The translations under genes were made by a program, and so were the position numbers. Shown here piece after piece: positions 19,383 through 28,845 of a stretch of DNA of 64,000 nt (the stretch's first letter is position 1; the number at the start of each line of letters is the position of its first letter). Location of the stretch: the IMG/VR virus record IMGVR_UViG_3300045015_000053. One strand, 5' to 3'. The DNA comes from a virus (taxonomy: Duplodnaviria; Caudoviricetes). The notes below the pieces were generated by a model, which was not told the origin of the DNA, did no database searches, and worked only from the letters and a program-made list of their open reading frames with translations.

Positions 19383-19628
19383 ATGGGTGTCGCCAACTAC
19401 GCGATCCTCGAAAACCGGAGCAACGACAAGGTTCTCGTGATCGAGGATCGCGGCCCGTGGCACAGGTACAAAACTGTGACCAACGCGGCCGAAGAGGTGG
19501 TCGCCGAGTTGCACGCCTCCGGGCGGCTCGGCACCCGTCGCCTGTTCTACTACGACAGCGACGGGCGGAAAGACGAACTCACACACAACGGGAACGGCGT
19601 GTTCACCGGCTTCGCTCCCGGCAGTTGA
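19383..19628 (+). CDS. hypothetical phage protein
   Basis: GAGG RBS; TVTNAAEEVV..L..RRLFYYDS. Confidence 0.6.
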   Translation: MGVANYAILENRSNDKVLVIEDRGPWHRYKTVTNAAEEVVAELHASGRLGTRRLFYYDSDGRKDELTHNGNGVFTGFAPGS

Positions 19629-19636
19629 GGACGATC

Positions 19637-19882
19637 ATGCCACAGGTCGATTTTGCCGCGAACCACCGAGAGATCTTGGCCTCTCTGTGGATTACGGAAA
19701 ACCAGAAGAAATTGGTCGAGATGGACACGCCCGGCAGCAACGAGGCGTGGCGTGCGTTGGCCGCAATCATCCTGACCGAAAAGCACGCGATGTACCTCGC
19801 GCGGCACGAACCCAGACTCCTCGAACAGTGTCAAAAGGCACTGCTCTCGAAGGGCGAACCCAAACAGGAACCCAAGTCATGA
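19637..19882 (+). CDS. hypothetical protein
   Basis: GAGG RBS. Confidence 0.5.
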   Translation: MPQVDFAANHREILASLWITENQKKLVEMDTPGSNEAWRALAAIILTEKHAMYLARHEPRLLEQCQKALLSKGEPKQEPKS

Positions 19883-20259
19883 CCATCTGGGAAGCAGAGA
19901 TCGGTTTCCGTCGCGTTGTTCAGACGCCCGGCAACACCATCGAAAAGATCAGTGCGGCAGCGGAACAGGAGTTCCAGCGGCTGACCGGAACCGACTCGGA
20001 TTTCTTGTTTTGCAAAGTCGGGGATCTCGACCCCATTCAGAGGAAGATCCAACATATCGGCAACGAGCCGATCACTGTGTTCGAGATCAAGATCGGCGTC
20101 GAGGACAACGTGAAACTCCCAGACGGCGCGGACCTCCCCATGCGTCTGGCGGTCGGAGCAGCGTTCGCGAAAGTGACCGGCTTCGGCCAAGACTACTTGT
20201 ACAGCGGGTGGGGTGCGAGCCTGACGCCCGACGAACTCAACCGACTGGAGAGCAAGTGA
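19879..20259 (+). CDS. hypothetical protein
   Basis: ATGA overlap. Confidence 0.55.
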   Translation: MTIWEAEIGFRRVVQTPGNTIEKISAAAEQEFQRLTGTDSDFLFCKVGDLDPIQRKIQHIGNEPITVFEIKIGVEDNVKLPDGADLPMRLAVGAAFAKVTGFGQDYLYSGWGASLTPDELNRLESK

Positions 20260-20885
20260 TGCGTCGTGCCGTCAAGATCACCAACAAGACCGAATTCTGC
20301 ACGCGGGCCATCCGCAGCATGATTCTGGCGGTGGCCCGGCGGGAACTCAAGAAGGGCGAATACAAAAACTTCGTCGTCAATGTCGGGACGCCCAAGAGCG
20401 CATTCGTGACCGGGAACGCCATGATCTCCCGGCACGGTGCGACGGCCAGCTTCTCACTGTTCATCCCGAAGGCCCAGACCGACATGGTTGAAGTCGCCAA
20501 CCGCGTCAAGACGTGCCTCGATTACGTTCGCGGGCGGTTCGGGTACAAGGACGGAACGCTGTTCCGCGACTGGTACGAACGCAAGGGCAAAGCCGAAGAC
20601 TTTCAGTACCTGCCATCCCAGACGCTCCCGAAGGCCGCGCCGAAGCCGCCGAAGGCCAAAGGTGCCGCAGCCGCTCTGGAAGGCATGGCGAAGGCTCAAG
20701 AGCGTGTGACGCATTGGGAAGGCCGGTTGCGGTCGGCCGAGACTCGCCTCAAGAAGTGGAGACGACGGTTGCGGTACTACGAAAACCGCAGCCACGATCT
20801 CGGCAAGTCCGAGGCGGCGGCGAAGGAAGCCAACAGCATGACGGCTTCGGAGTTCAGCAAGATGACACCCGTCAACGAGCAATGA
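20259..20885 (+). CDS. hypothetical basic protein
   Basis: TGATG overlap; C-terminal coiled segment LKKWRRRLRYYE. Confidence 0.55.
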   Translation: MRRAVKITNKTEFCTRAIRSMILAVARRELKKGEYKNFVVNVGTPKSAFVTGNAMISRHGATASFSLFIPKAQTDMVEVANRVKTCLDYVRGRFGYKDGTLFRDWYERKGKAEDFQYLPSQTLPKAAPKPPKAKGAAAALEGMAKAQERVTHWEGRLRSAETRLKKWRRRLRYYENRSHDLGKSEAAAKEANSMTASEFSKMTPVNEQ

Positions 20886-20894
20886 TTTCTGGAA

Positions 20895-20923
20895 ACAAGA
20901 GCGGCGTTTTACGCCGCTCTTGT
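20895..20923. terminator. 13-bp perfect inverted repeat
   Basis: ACAAGAGCGGCGT-ttt-ACGCCGCTCTTGT right after stop. Confidence 0.65.
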
Positions 20924-20955
20924 CATGTCTTTTCTTGGGTCGGGAAAAACTTTGG

Positions 20956-20989
20956 CGCAATTTCGGAGACGGCGGATTCCTGTGCGTAT
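20956..20989 (+). promoter_or_regulatory. CGCAAWTYCRGAGAC-N14-YTTGT class motif (first of 7 copies)
   Basis: 15-mer at 20956, 22148, 23315, 37214, 39703, 45225, 63781; five have YTTGT exactly 14 nt downstream (this copy has CGTAT). Confidence 0.65.
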
Positions 20990-21032
20990 CGGTAGTGTGG
21001 ACACGACGATCACAACCCAAACGGAGCGAGCC

Positions 21033-22145
21033 ATGAGCCGCACGACCACTTTCCGCAACCAGAGCTACAACGTCATCGCCTACCCGTTGAGCCAGATCAT
21101 CGGCACCGACAACTGCCGTCGTCCCTGCCCGATGCTGTGGAACCTCGGCCTCGATCCGTGGGAGGCGTACCGCCAAGTCATCAGTGACGACCTTGCCGAA
21201 GTGCGGAAGGGCGTGGCGGTTCTGGAACAGTCGCCCCGGTTCTGCGAGATGGCGGCGACCCTCAAAGACGACACCCAACTTCAGGCCATCGGCCTTCGCA
21301 GCTACCGCGCCCGCGCCGGCAAGGTGGAAGGCGAGCAGCAGTACGAAGACCGCGCGGCCCTCTCGTTCGGCAACGGCCGGTTGTTCGGAATGGCGTTGCT
21401 GGAAGGGCGGCGGAAGCTGGCCCTCGCGGACGGCGAGAAGGTCAGCAAGACCCCGCTCACCATCGACGCGATCCTGATGCGTCTGACGCGGGAAGAGAGC
21501 TACGAGTTGAGCATCATCGAGAACGACAAGCGTTCCGAGATGGATGACCTCGACTGGGGTCTGCTGTTCGACCGCGACCTCAAGACGGTCAACCCGCAAA
21601 CCAAGAAGCTGCACACGATCAAGGAAGTCGCGGAGAAGCGGGGCAAGAACTACCACTGGGTTCGCGGCCGTGCGGCTCTGCCGTACCTGCCGGCCGAAAT
21701 GCTCGCCGAGATCACCGACTGGGACAAGGTGAACATTGACGCCCTCTGCCAAACGGCGTTGACGTACAAGGCGGGCGCGAAGCAGGACGCGGTCGTGGAT
21801 CAGGGCGAAGCCCCCGCGACTAGCACCGTGCCGACCAACAAGACTTCCGATGCGGTCGCGATCCTGTCGATGGACTCGGACGGCGAAGAAACGCCCTCGA
21901 CCGGGACCGGGAACGAGCCGAAGAACGAAGGCGAAGGCGACAAGGAAACCGTCGTCCAGACCCCGGAGCGGAAGTCGCGGTTGCCGCGTTCGGTTCAGCC
22001 GAAGAAGCGTCGGACGGTGATGACGATGAAGGAAATGGGCGAGTTCTTCGCCGAACAGGAAGACGACGCGGCGAAGGCGATCATCGCGCAGTGCATGAAG
22101 ATGACCGTCGAAGAGGCGAAAGCTTACGCCGAAACGCTGAACTGA
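21033..22145 (+). CDS. ParB/Spo0J-like protein
   Basis: QLQAIGL..GNGRLFG..LSIIENDKRSEM..TIKEVAEKRGKNYHWV; acidic tail. Confidence 0.65.
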   Translation: MSRTTTFRNQSYNVIAYPLSQIIGTDNCRRPCPMLWNLGLDPWEAYRQVISDDLAEVRKGVAVLEQSPRFCEMAATLKDDTQLQAIGLRSYRARAGKVEGEQQYEDRAALSFGNGRLFGMALLEGRRKLALADGEKVSKTPLTIDAILMRLTREESYELSIIENDKRSEMDDLDWGLLFDRDLKTVNPQTKKLHTIKEVAEKRGKNYHWVRGRAALPYLPAEMLAEITDWDKVNIDALCQTALTYKAGAKQDAVVDQGEAPATSTVPTNKTSDAVAILSMDSDGEETPSTGTGNEPKNEGEGDKETVVQTPERKSRLPRSVQPKKRRTVMTMKEMGEFFAEQEDDAAKAIIAQCMKMTVEEAKAYAETLN

Positions 22146-22289
22146 CACGCAATTTCGGAGACAAGCGGAAACCCCGCTTGTCTCTAGTGTTGCCCAAAGA
22201 ATCGCCCGGCTCTCGCGTATCACTCTTGACGGCACTAAGCTGTCCGCGTAAACTGGGTCAGTTGTAAAGACTACAAACCGGAGAATGCC

Positions 22290-23291
22290 ATGACGGACTT
22301 CGACGTGATCGTCCCGCACAAGTCGGTCAGCAGCGAACGCCTCGGCGAGTGCTGTGAGATCATGATTCGCGGCAACGACGCTTACCGCAAGTGGATGCCG
22401 AACATCACCCGGCGTCGGAGTCGCGAGTGCCGCGACCTGATCGTCAAGGGCAAGAGCGACGAGGTTCTGAAGTACATTCCGGCCGAGCGGCACGCCGAGT
22501 TCAAGGCCGATCTGCCGGTGATCTGCAACGTCGAGTCCGTGATGAACGACTTGCTCGGCCACCACGTCAGGATGATCGTCAAACTCGCAACCCGCTGGTC
22601 AAAGACCAACGAGGGCGAGAAGTCGGCGAAGCGGTCCTACTACGACGGCGGCGATCTGGCGAGCGAAGGGTTCATCGCCATGTTCGACGCCATCCGCAAC
22701 TACAACCGGGACCACATCAAGTTCGTGACCTACGCTTGGACCACTGTGAACCGCCGGATGTTCGCCTCCCTCATGGCGACTTCCCCCATGTCTTGCTTCA
22801 CGCGGCAAGAGCAGAAGATGCTCAAGAACGCCGTCAAGAAGCAGTTGGAAACCGGGAACCGCAATCTGGCGGATGCGGTCGCGGGCGGTGTCGTGACGGG
22901 CGACCAAGCCGCGCTGGTGCGGGAAATGCTCACGATCAAGGTGGTTCTGGCGTCCCGTCTGGAAGAGTCGATGGGACCGGACAGCGAGGGGTTCGACTTC
23001 ACCAGCATGCGGGAAGGCGTCTCTACCGACCGTTCGGGGCAGCCCAACGATGCTTGGGGGTTGTACGACTTCATGGAACGTGCGGAACTGGACGACTGCG
23101 AGCAGGACGTGCTGTTGTCGAGCCTCACGCCCTTCCGGGGCTGGCAGGCCGAATGCTCCACGCGGCACAACCTGTCGCGAACCTCCGTCCACAACATTCT
23201 GCAACGGGCGTGCAACAAGATTCGGCACGTTGCCGGTCTGCGCGAAACCGACGCCAACATCGCCCAGTTGATGGTGTCGATGTCTGACTAA
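22290..23291 (+). CDS. sigma70-family RNA polymerase sigma factor
   Basis: region 2: HVRMIVKLATRW..DLASEGFIAMFDAIRNYNRDHIKFVTYAW; region-4-like C-terminus. Confidence 0.75.
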   Translation: MTDFDVIVPHKSVSSERLGECCEIMIRGNDAYRKWMPNITRRRSRECRDLIVKGKSDEVLKYIPAERHAEFKADLPVICNVESVMNDLLGHHVRMIVKLATRWSKTNEGEKSAKRSYYDGGDLASEGFIAMFDAIRNYNRDHIKFVTYAWTTVNRRMFASLMATSPMSCFTRQEQKMLKNAVKKQLETGNRNLADAVAGGVVTGDQAALVREMLTIKVVLASRLEESMGPDSEGFDFTSMREGVSTDRSGQPNDAWGLYDFMERAELDDCEQDVLLSSLTPFRGWQAECSTRHNLSRTSVHNILQRACNKIRHVAGLRETDANIAQLMVSMSD

Positions 23292-23382
23292 GAAATTGTC
23301 TCATGGAATGAGGGCGCAATTCCAGAGACTTCGCCCTAGACTGTTTGTTAGTAGCGTCGGCATACCCTAACAGGAGTTCGAG

Positions 23383-23829
23383 ATGAACGAGCAACCCTAC
23401 TTCGGCTGGTACTCTCAAGAAGCGGCCGAAAACTACGGTAGCGTGATCTACGTCAAAGACGGTGTCAACATCGAATGCACTACCGTCGCCAAAGACCCGA
23501 ACTATCAGTACGGGTTCAAGGACGCCGTGTTCCTCGGCGAAGTCGGCCAGTACAGCCACAAGGGGCGGCACGGCACCAACGAACCACGCCAGTTCACGCC
23601 GCTACGCGAATTCGATCCCCCGTTCACGCTCAAGAGCCACCTCAACTACCCGGTTATCGCGCCGGAAAAGGTTCAGGAGTTCATCGACAAGCTCAACGCG
23701 AGCGGCTTCACCTTCGACAAGTCGCTCGCCGACGTGAAGAAGGTACAGGTTCAAGAAGAATGCGATCAGCCGACCGTTCTGGCGGTCGAGGCCAACGGCG
23801 ACACGGTCGTCGTTTCGGGAGGCAAGTGA
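23383..23829 (+). CDS. hypothetical protein
   Basis: AGGAG RBS. Confidence 0.55.
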   Translation: MNEQPYFGWYSQEAAENYGSVIYVKDGVNIECTTVAKDPNYQYGFKDAVFLGEVGQYSHKGRHGTNEPRQFTPLREFDPPFTLKSHLNYPVIAPEKVQEFIDKLNASGFTFDKSLADVKKVQVQEECDQPTVLAVEANGDTVVVSGGK

Positions 23830-24335
23830 TGAACCTCGCCGACCTTCGAGCCGCCCGCGACGAAACAGCCGTCGCACACACGCTGCTCCGCGACCAGATG
23901 AGTAACGAGATTAGCCAGCGGCTCGAAGAGGCGAAAAGACAGATCAGCAGGGAAGTTCACGACAAGTACAACGTCGAACTGGAACGGGCCTTCAAAGCCC
24001 GAACAGAAGCGTTCACGGCCTGCCAGAAGGCCGAGGTCGCGGCTGCTGCGGAAAACGCCCCGGTTCCGGTCGGCACCAAGCTGATCGGTTGGGGATACCC
24101 CAAGTACGCCGGCTACGGGGCCAAGCGTGAGGCTCAGGTTACTGGTGTGCTGGAGGTATATTCCAACAGCACACAGGTGCAGGCCAACGCCCGCCGGAAG
24201 ATGATGCTGTCGCCCGGCGTTTACATTGTTCGGTTGCTCAAGAAGGACAACACGCCCGGCGCGATTGTCGAACGCTACGGCGTCGGCAAATACGTCTGGC
24301 TCCCCGAAGGCGAAACCCCGAAAGAGGGCAAGTGA
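23829..24335 (+). CDS. hypothetical protein
   Basis: TGATG overlap. Confidence 0.55.
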   Translation: MNLADLRAARDETAVAHTLLRDQMSNEISQRLEEAKRQISREVHDKYNVELERAFKARTEAFTACQKAEVAAAAENAPVPVGTKLIGWGYPKYAGYGAKREAQVTGVLEVYSNSTQVQANARRKMMLSPGVYIVRLLKKDNTPGAIVERYGVGKYVWLPEGETPKEGK

Positions 24336-24913
24336 TGGTTCGCACACTGGCACAAGAAGGCCGCGCACCGACAGAGGCTCACTACCTCTCCGACCACGGC
24401 AAACCGCTCGAAATGTCGAACGGGTTGTACAAGCGGGTGATCCCGTTGAAAGAGGTCGCGGCGACCGGCCACTACTCCGATATGGCGAAGCTTGCCAAGA
24501 TCTTCAATCACGAAGTCTTGGAAGACAATCACGGGACGTGGCGGTGGCGGCGGAACCTCCTGACGACATGGGTTTTTGAACACGGGCCGTTCCACACGCC
24601 CTCAAACACGTCCGACGCCACCGACCACAAAGAGCCGTGGGCGCGGCCCACGAAGCAGTATCGCGGGACCATCGACCTCAACAACCTGTGGACCGACTTC
24701 CACAACGGAATGTTCTCGCTCGAAGAGATGATGAAGTTCTACATGGAGATCGGGTACTCGCTCTGTGGTTACGCGGAGGTCTTCGGCCAACGCGAGGCGT
24801 TCGAGTTCGGACTGCCCGACGCCAAGAAGCCGAAAGGGAACCGCGACAGTTACACCGAAACGCTGATCGACTACGTCGCTCGCGTCCACAAGGGGAAGGT
24901 ACTCAGTCTGTGA
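24332..24913 (+). CDS. hypothetical protein
   Basis: ORF track. Confidence 0.55.
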   Translation: MMVRTLAQEGRAPTEAHYLSDHGKPLEMSNGLYKRVIPLKEVAATGHYSDMAKLAKIFNHEVLEDNHGTWRWRRNLLTTWVFEHGPFHTPSNTSDATDHKEPWARPTKQYRGTIDLNNLWTDFHNGMFSLEEMMKFYMEIGYSLCGYAEVFGQREAFEFGLPDAKKPKGNRDSYTETLIDYVARVHKGKVLSL

Positions 24914-24917
24914 CGCC

Positions 24918-25445
24918 ATGAACGAATTCATCTACGACAAGATCTTCATTTTGAATGGAGATCAAACCCTCCCCGACGATCTGGCGGCGTTGACGGTCGC
25001 TGCTGTCAACGCCGCCTCTGATTTGAAGCTGACCCAAGTTCCCAGTTTCGATGACGTGAAGCGAGAAGACGATGGCGACTTCTACACGGCAGCCAACTCC
25101 GCGAAGGAAGAAAACCTGTATGTCGCGACTGTCGGCGTGGCGTGGTTCAAAGACCGGCGCGGCCTCAAGCACGTTCGTGTGATCGGTGCGACGGTGAAGT
25201 CCAAGTCGTGGAAGTCGAACCGCCTGTGGCCCGCCCACCTCGTGCCGGCCGAGGTCGTCTACCCAGGAGTTCGTTGGGACGGCAGCGGGTACACCCTCCA
25301 CTGCAAGTGCGGCCGACAAATGGCGTGCGAAGCCCCGCGTTGGAACGGCCGGACCTGTGAAATCTGTCAGGAGTTGGAGCAGTATGCGAAGGACAACGAC
25401 GGGGCCGAGGTGTATTTGCCCGCGCAAAAGCGGAGACAGAAATAG
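24918..25445 (+). CDS. hypothetical protein with Cys motifs
   Basis: CKCG..C..CEIC. Confidence 0.5.
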   Translation: MNEFIYDKIFILNGDQTLPDDLAALTVAAVNAASDLKLTQVPSFDDVKREDDGDFYTAANSAKEENLYVATVGVAWFKDRRGLKHVRVIGATVKSKSWKSNRLWPAHLVPAEVVYPGVRWDGSGYTLHCKCGRQMACEAPRWNGRTCEICQELEQYAKDNDGAEVYLPAQKRRQK

Positions 25446-25481
25446 GTGTGCTTGTTATGGGTGTCCCCATGAGGTAGAGAG

Positions 25482-25889
25482 ATGTCTGCTGTAAACAAGA
25501 ACGTCCTGACGATCCGCTACATCGGCCCCGACGACGCACACGAGTACGTCGTTCAACGCGGCGATAAAATGTTCTGGAGCGGCTTCAACTGGGTGAAAAC
25601 CATTGACTCCGCGAAGGTGTTCACCGACCACAAGGCGGCGCAAGCCACGGTCGCGGCCCTGATGCACCAGCGGCACAAGGGTAAGCCGAGCCGCAAGTTC
25701 AAGTTGAACGTCACCGTCACCCTGACCGACGAAAACGTTCAGAACATTCCGGCCTCCTCGCTCGCCGCGTGGTTGCACGCCGCGCTGCGGCTGGACATCG
25801 AGAACTTGATCTACGGCGACGGCCCGACCGCCGACAGCTACGTCAAGGCACGGATCGAGATGTCCTCGTTCCAAGAAACCCCGGAGTGA
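25482..25889 (+). CDS. hypothetical protein
   Basis: GAGG RBS. Confidence 0.55.
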   Translation: MSAVNKNVLTIRYIGPDDAHEYVVQRGDKMFWSGFNWVKTIDSAKVFTDHKAAQATVAALMHQRHKGKPSRKFKLNVTVTLTDENVQNIPASSLAAWLHAALRLDIENLIYGDGPTADSYVKARIEMSSFQETPE

Positions 25890-25892
25890 GCA

Positions 25893-26117
25893 ATGGTTGC
25901 CGTCAACATGTCCAATTTCGGGTTCGACGGCGACCGGCCGTTCACGAAGGAAGACGCCCTCAACTTCGAGGGCGAGAACGTGGCTGTCAAACTGTTTGAT
26001 TCGGGGCTTTCTCGCATCTGCGAGGGCGTCCTGAGCGAAGTCACTGACACGACGATCAAGGTCGGTGACGAAGTCCTCCTCAACGAGTGCGTCCGCAAAG
26101 TCACCTTCAAGGATTAA
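25893..26117 (+). CDS. hypothetical protein
   Basis: ORF track. Confidence 0.5.
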   Translation: MVAVNMSNFGFDGDRPFTKEDALNFEGENVAVKLFDSGLSRICEGVLSEVTDTTIKVGDEVLLNECVRKVTFKD

Positions 26118-26120
26118 GTC

Positions 26121-26921
26121 ATGCCCGCCAAGAAGCCCGCCAAAGAAGTCGATCCGCTGGACGATTTCCGCAAGAAGATGAACCGTGAAAACCGCGCCAA
26201 CAAGAAAGCGTTGGATGGCCTGAAGGCCAACAAGCACTTCAATGCTGAGACGGTCATGGCCGAGCTTTTCGCCGGTCTGGAATGCGGCTCCCTTCACATC
26301 GGTTGGGCGTTAGACAAGTTCTGGGGTCTGAAGGTCGCGGAGACGATGCCCAAGCTGCAAAAGATCTACGACGAGGCCGTGAAGCGGAACTACACCCGCG
26401 AGAACAACCTGTCCTTCAACGACATGGACGACAAGCTGTTCGTCATGCCGCACGACCAGTATTGTGTCCTCTGCCACGAGTTGCAGAGTTCCAACTACGT
26501 CTACGTCTGGGAACGGAACGCGCCGTCCAAGTTCCAGAAACTGCACGTCCGGCGTTACTTCGACGTACTGAAGGTCGAAGACAAGTTCGACAAGCAGGAA
26601 GAAGCCGAGTTCAAGAAAAAGGTTCGTGAGAAGGGCAAGCGTGCGGGGATCATCGCCGCGCAACGGTTCGTTGAGAACTACGCCGACGACTACCCGGAAA
26701 ATCCGTACCCGAAGCGGCTCTCGCTGGACAGCTACATCAAGGCCGGCTTCGAGATGAAGTACGGCGACTGCCGTGACGAGGGCTACATCCTGACGTGGGA
26801 CCAGTTCCGCGACTCGGTTGATCGGTCGTACTACGAACACAGTCGGATCGAAGCAGTCCTCGACTGCTACATTCCGAGCATCGAATACGCACTCTTTGAA
26901 GAAGGGCGGGAAGAAGAATGA
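26121..26921 (+). CDS. hypothetical protein
   Basis: ORF track. Confidence 0.55.
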   Translation: MPAKKPAKEVDPLDDFRKKMNRENRANKKALDGLKANKHFNAETVMAELFAGLECGSLHIGWALDKFWGLKVAETMPKLQKIYDEAVKRNYTRENNLSFNDMDDKLFVMPHDQYCVLCHELQSSNYVYVWERNAPSKFQKLHVRRYFDVLKVEDKFDKQEEAEFKKKVREKGKRAGIIAAQRFVENYADDYPENPYPKRLSLDSYIKAGFEMKYGDCRDEGYILTWDQFRDSVDRSYYEHSRIEAVLDCYIPSIEYALFEEGREEE

Positions 26922-27691
26922 AGCTCACATTCGCCGGTGTCGGTTCGGCCTTCACCGACAGCCGTTACTGGCAATCGAACATGTTCTTCACCTCGAAGCA
27001 GGGGAAGAGATTGATGATCGATTGCGGCGGTGATGCCCGGTTCAGTTTCGGCGAACACGGCGCTACCAACCGCAACATCGGGGATTGGTCGGATGGCGTT
27101 TACATCAGCCACCTTCACGCCGACCACATCGGCGGGCTGGAGTGGTACGCCTTCTGCACCTACTTCAATCCCAACGTGTCGCGGCCCAAGTTGTTCATCG
27201 TGGACGAACTGGTCGATCCGCTGTGGGAGAGCTTGAAGGGCGGGCTGGCCTCGCTGGAAGGCAAGGTCATGACGCTCGAAGACTTCTTCGACGTGCGTGA
27301 GTTGCACATCAACAGCAGCTTCGTCTGGGAGGAACTGAACTTCACCCCGATTCAGACCGTTCACATTATGAACGGCATGGGGATCGTGCCTTCTTACGGG
27401 TTGCTCGTCAAAGAAAACGGCAACCCCGCGACCGCGTTCATCACCACGGACACGCAATACTGTCCGCGCCAGATCGAGCGATTCTACGAACGCTCCAGCA
27501 TCATCTTCCACGACGCCGAAACCGGCGCGAGACGGAGCGGCATTCACGCATACTACGACGACCTCAAGACGTTGCAAGCCGAACACAAGGCGAAGATGTG
27601 GTTGTATCACTACAACCCCGACCCGACCCAAGAAGCCGAGGCAGACGGGTTCAAAGGGTTTGTGAAAAAGGGACAAACCTTCGAGATCTAA
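26918..27691 (+). CDS. MBL-fold metallohydrolase, RNase Z/cAMP-phosphodiesterase-like
   Basis: LMIDCG; SHLHADHIGGL (HxHxDH); FITTDTQ; IFHDAE; WLYHY. Confidence 0.85.
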   Translation: MKLTFAGVGSAFTDSRYWQSNMFFTSKQGKRLMIDCGGDARFSFGEHGATNRNIGDWSDGVYISHLHADHIGGLEWYAFCTYFNPNVSRPKLFIVDELVDPLWESLKGGLASLEGKVMTLEDFFDVRELHINSSFVWEELNFTPIQTVHIMNGMGIVPSYGLLVKENGNPATAFITTDTQYCPRQIERFYERSSIIFHDAETGARRSGIHAYYDDLKTLQAEHKAKMWLYHYNPDPTQEAEADGFKGFVKKGQTFEI

Positions 27692-27736
27692 AGTCTTCTC
27701 GGTCTATACTGACGGTGAAGAAAGAGGACTCAAAAC

Positions 27737-28132
27737 ATGATCAGCCCAAAAGAACTCCGCAAACTGACTGACGAAGCTCTGGTCAACGCCGAGAAGGAAC
27801 GAACTCGGCAGGCCGAGGAGCAGTTGCGGATTGCCGAAGAGAACAAAAAGAAACGCGAGAACCGCGCCGCGACGATTCTGGCCGAGATCCCCGCAAAAGC
27901 TCGCGAGGCGGCGGTGAAGGGGAGTTGTTCGGTCGCCATCATGCGACTAGAATACCCTGAGTTCGACAAACCGTCCGGCACCCACTTCGCCCTTTGCGAA
28001 CCGCAATGGTTGAAGGGCGCGGCCAAGATCGTGTGGGATCACTGCGTCGAGGCCAATCTGAAGCCGAGGCTGGAACACTGGCACGACGGCGTGGGCATCC
28101 ACGAGAGCTTCGACATCATCGTACAATGGTAG
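27737..28132 (+). CDS. hypothetical protein
   Basis: GAGG RBS. Confidence 0.55.
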   Translation: MISPKELRKLTDEALVNAEKERTRQAEEQLRIAEENKKKRENRAATILAEIPAKAREAAVKGSCSVAIMRLEYPEFDKPSGTHFALCEPQWLKGAAKIVWDHCVEANLKPRLEHWHDGVGIHESFDIIVQW

Positions 28133-28139
28133 TCTTCTT

Positions 28140-28772
28140 GAAGGGTAGGCCACAACCAAAGGGTGGCCGGCTCGGTAAGAGCCGCAGTCGGGAATCTTGC
28201 CCGGTCTGGCATACATCGTGATAGACATAGTATGCCCACGAGGAGCCGCGCGAAAACTGGTGTATAACACTGGTGGCCTAGACGAATCCAAAGTCGAGAA
28301 ATTGGGACGGTGGTAACGTCGTAAGCGTTACCGCACCAACGCGAAAAATGGCCCGGTCGCTCTGGGGAACAGGGCGGCGACGAGCAAAGGTCGAAAACGC
28401 CGTCCGTGGTTGACGTAAAACTAGCCCTTCCTGGCGCGAAGTGAAACTCGTTGTGTTTTCTGGTTGTCGCTACAACCGGCCCCATTTCAACAGTTGGGGG
28501 CAAATTAACTGGCCCTTTTCAATGGTTGGGGTAACTAACTAGCCCTTTTAAGCGGGTTGGGGCAAGCTCAGGAATCTGAGCGGACTAACTGCCGATCTTG
28601 TCAGTTCTCCGTAACTGAACTGACCCGATGACGCCGGATCGTGAAGCCGTCCAGCTAGAAAACCCGTCATGCGTGTGGTTCGCCATTGCATGGGGATGCT
28701 GGCCCTTGAAATAGATCGTTCCGGCGTTTGACGCACTCATCGCCCCGGTCAGAAATGGCCGGGGCGTTTTCT
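28140..28772 (+). ncRNA. candidate large structured ncRNA
   Basis: ~640-nt intergenic stretch without a convincing CDS, at least 10 stems, UUCG/GAAA tetraloops, ends in terminator. Confidence 0.55.
28741..28772 (+). terminator. intrinsic terminator
   Basis: CGCCCCGGTCA-gaaa-TGGCCGGGGCG-TTTTCTT. Confidence 0.8.
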
Positions 28773-28845
28773 TGTTCCAAAAAACTCGGACAGCCGCCCG
28801 TAGTCACCGTTAAGAACCAACGTCGCCCCCAACAAGGTACTCAAG

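Noticed and set aside
20454-22565. 703-aa - strand ORF, and similar long antisense ORFs (39710..41404, 35646..36713, 42290..43498)
   Set aside because: Shadow frames of well-supported + strand genes; biased codon usage leaves few antisense stops and they show no motifs
28133-28775. tmRNA gene expected because smpB is present
   Set aside because: No GGGG acceptor 5' end with matching T-arm/CCA 3' end or Ala-Ala-ending tag found by eye; kept only as an ncRNA candidate
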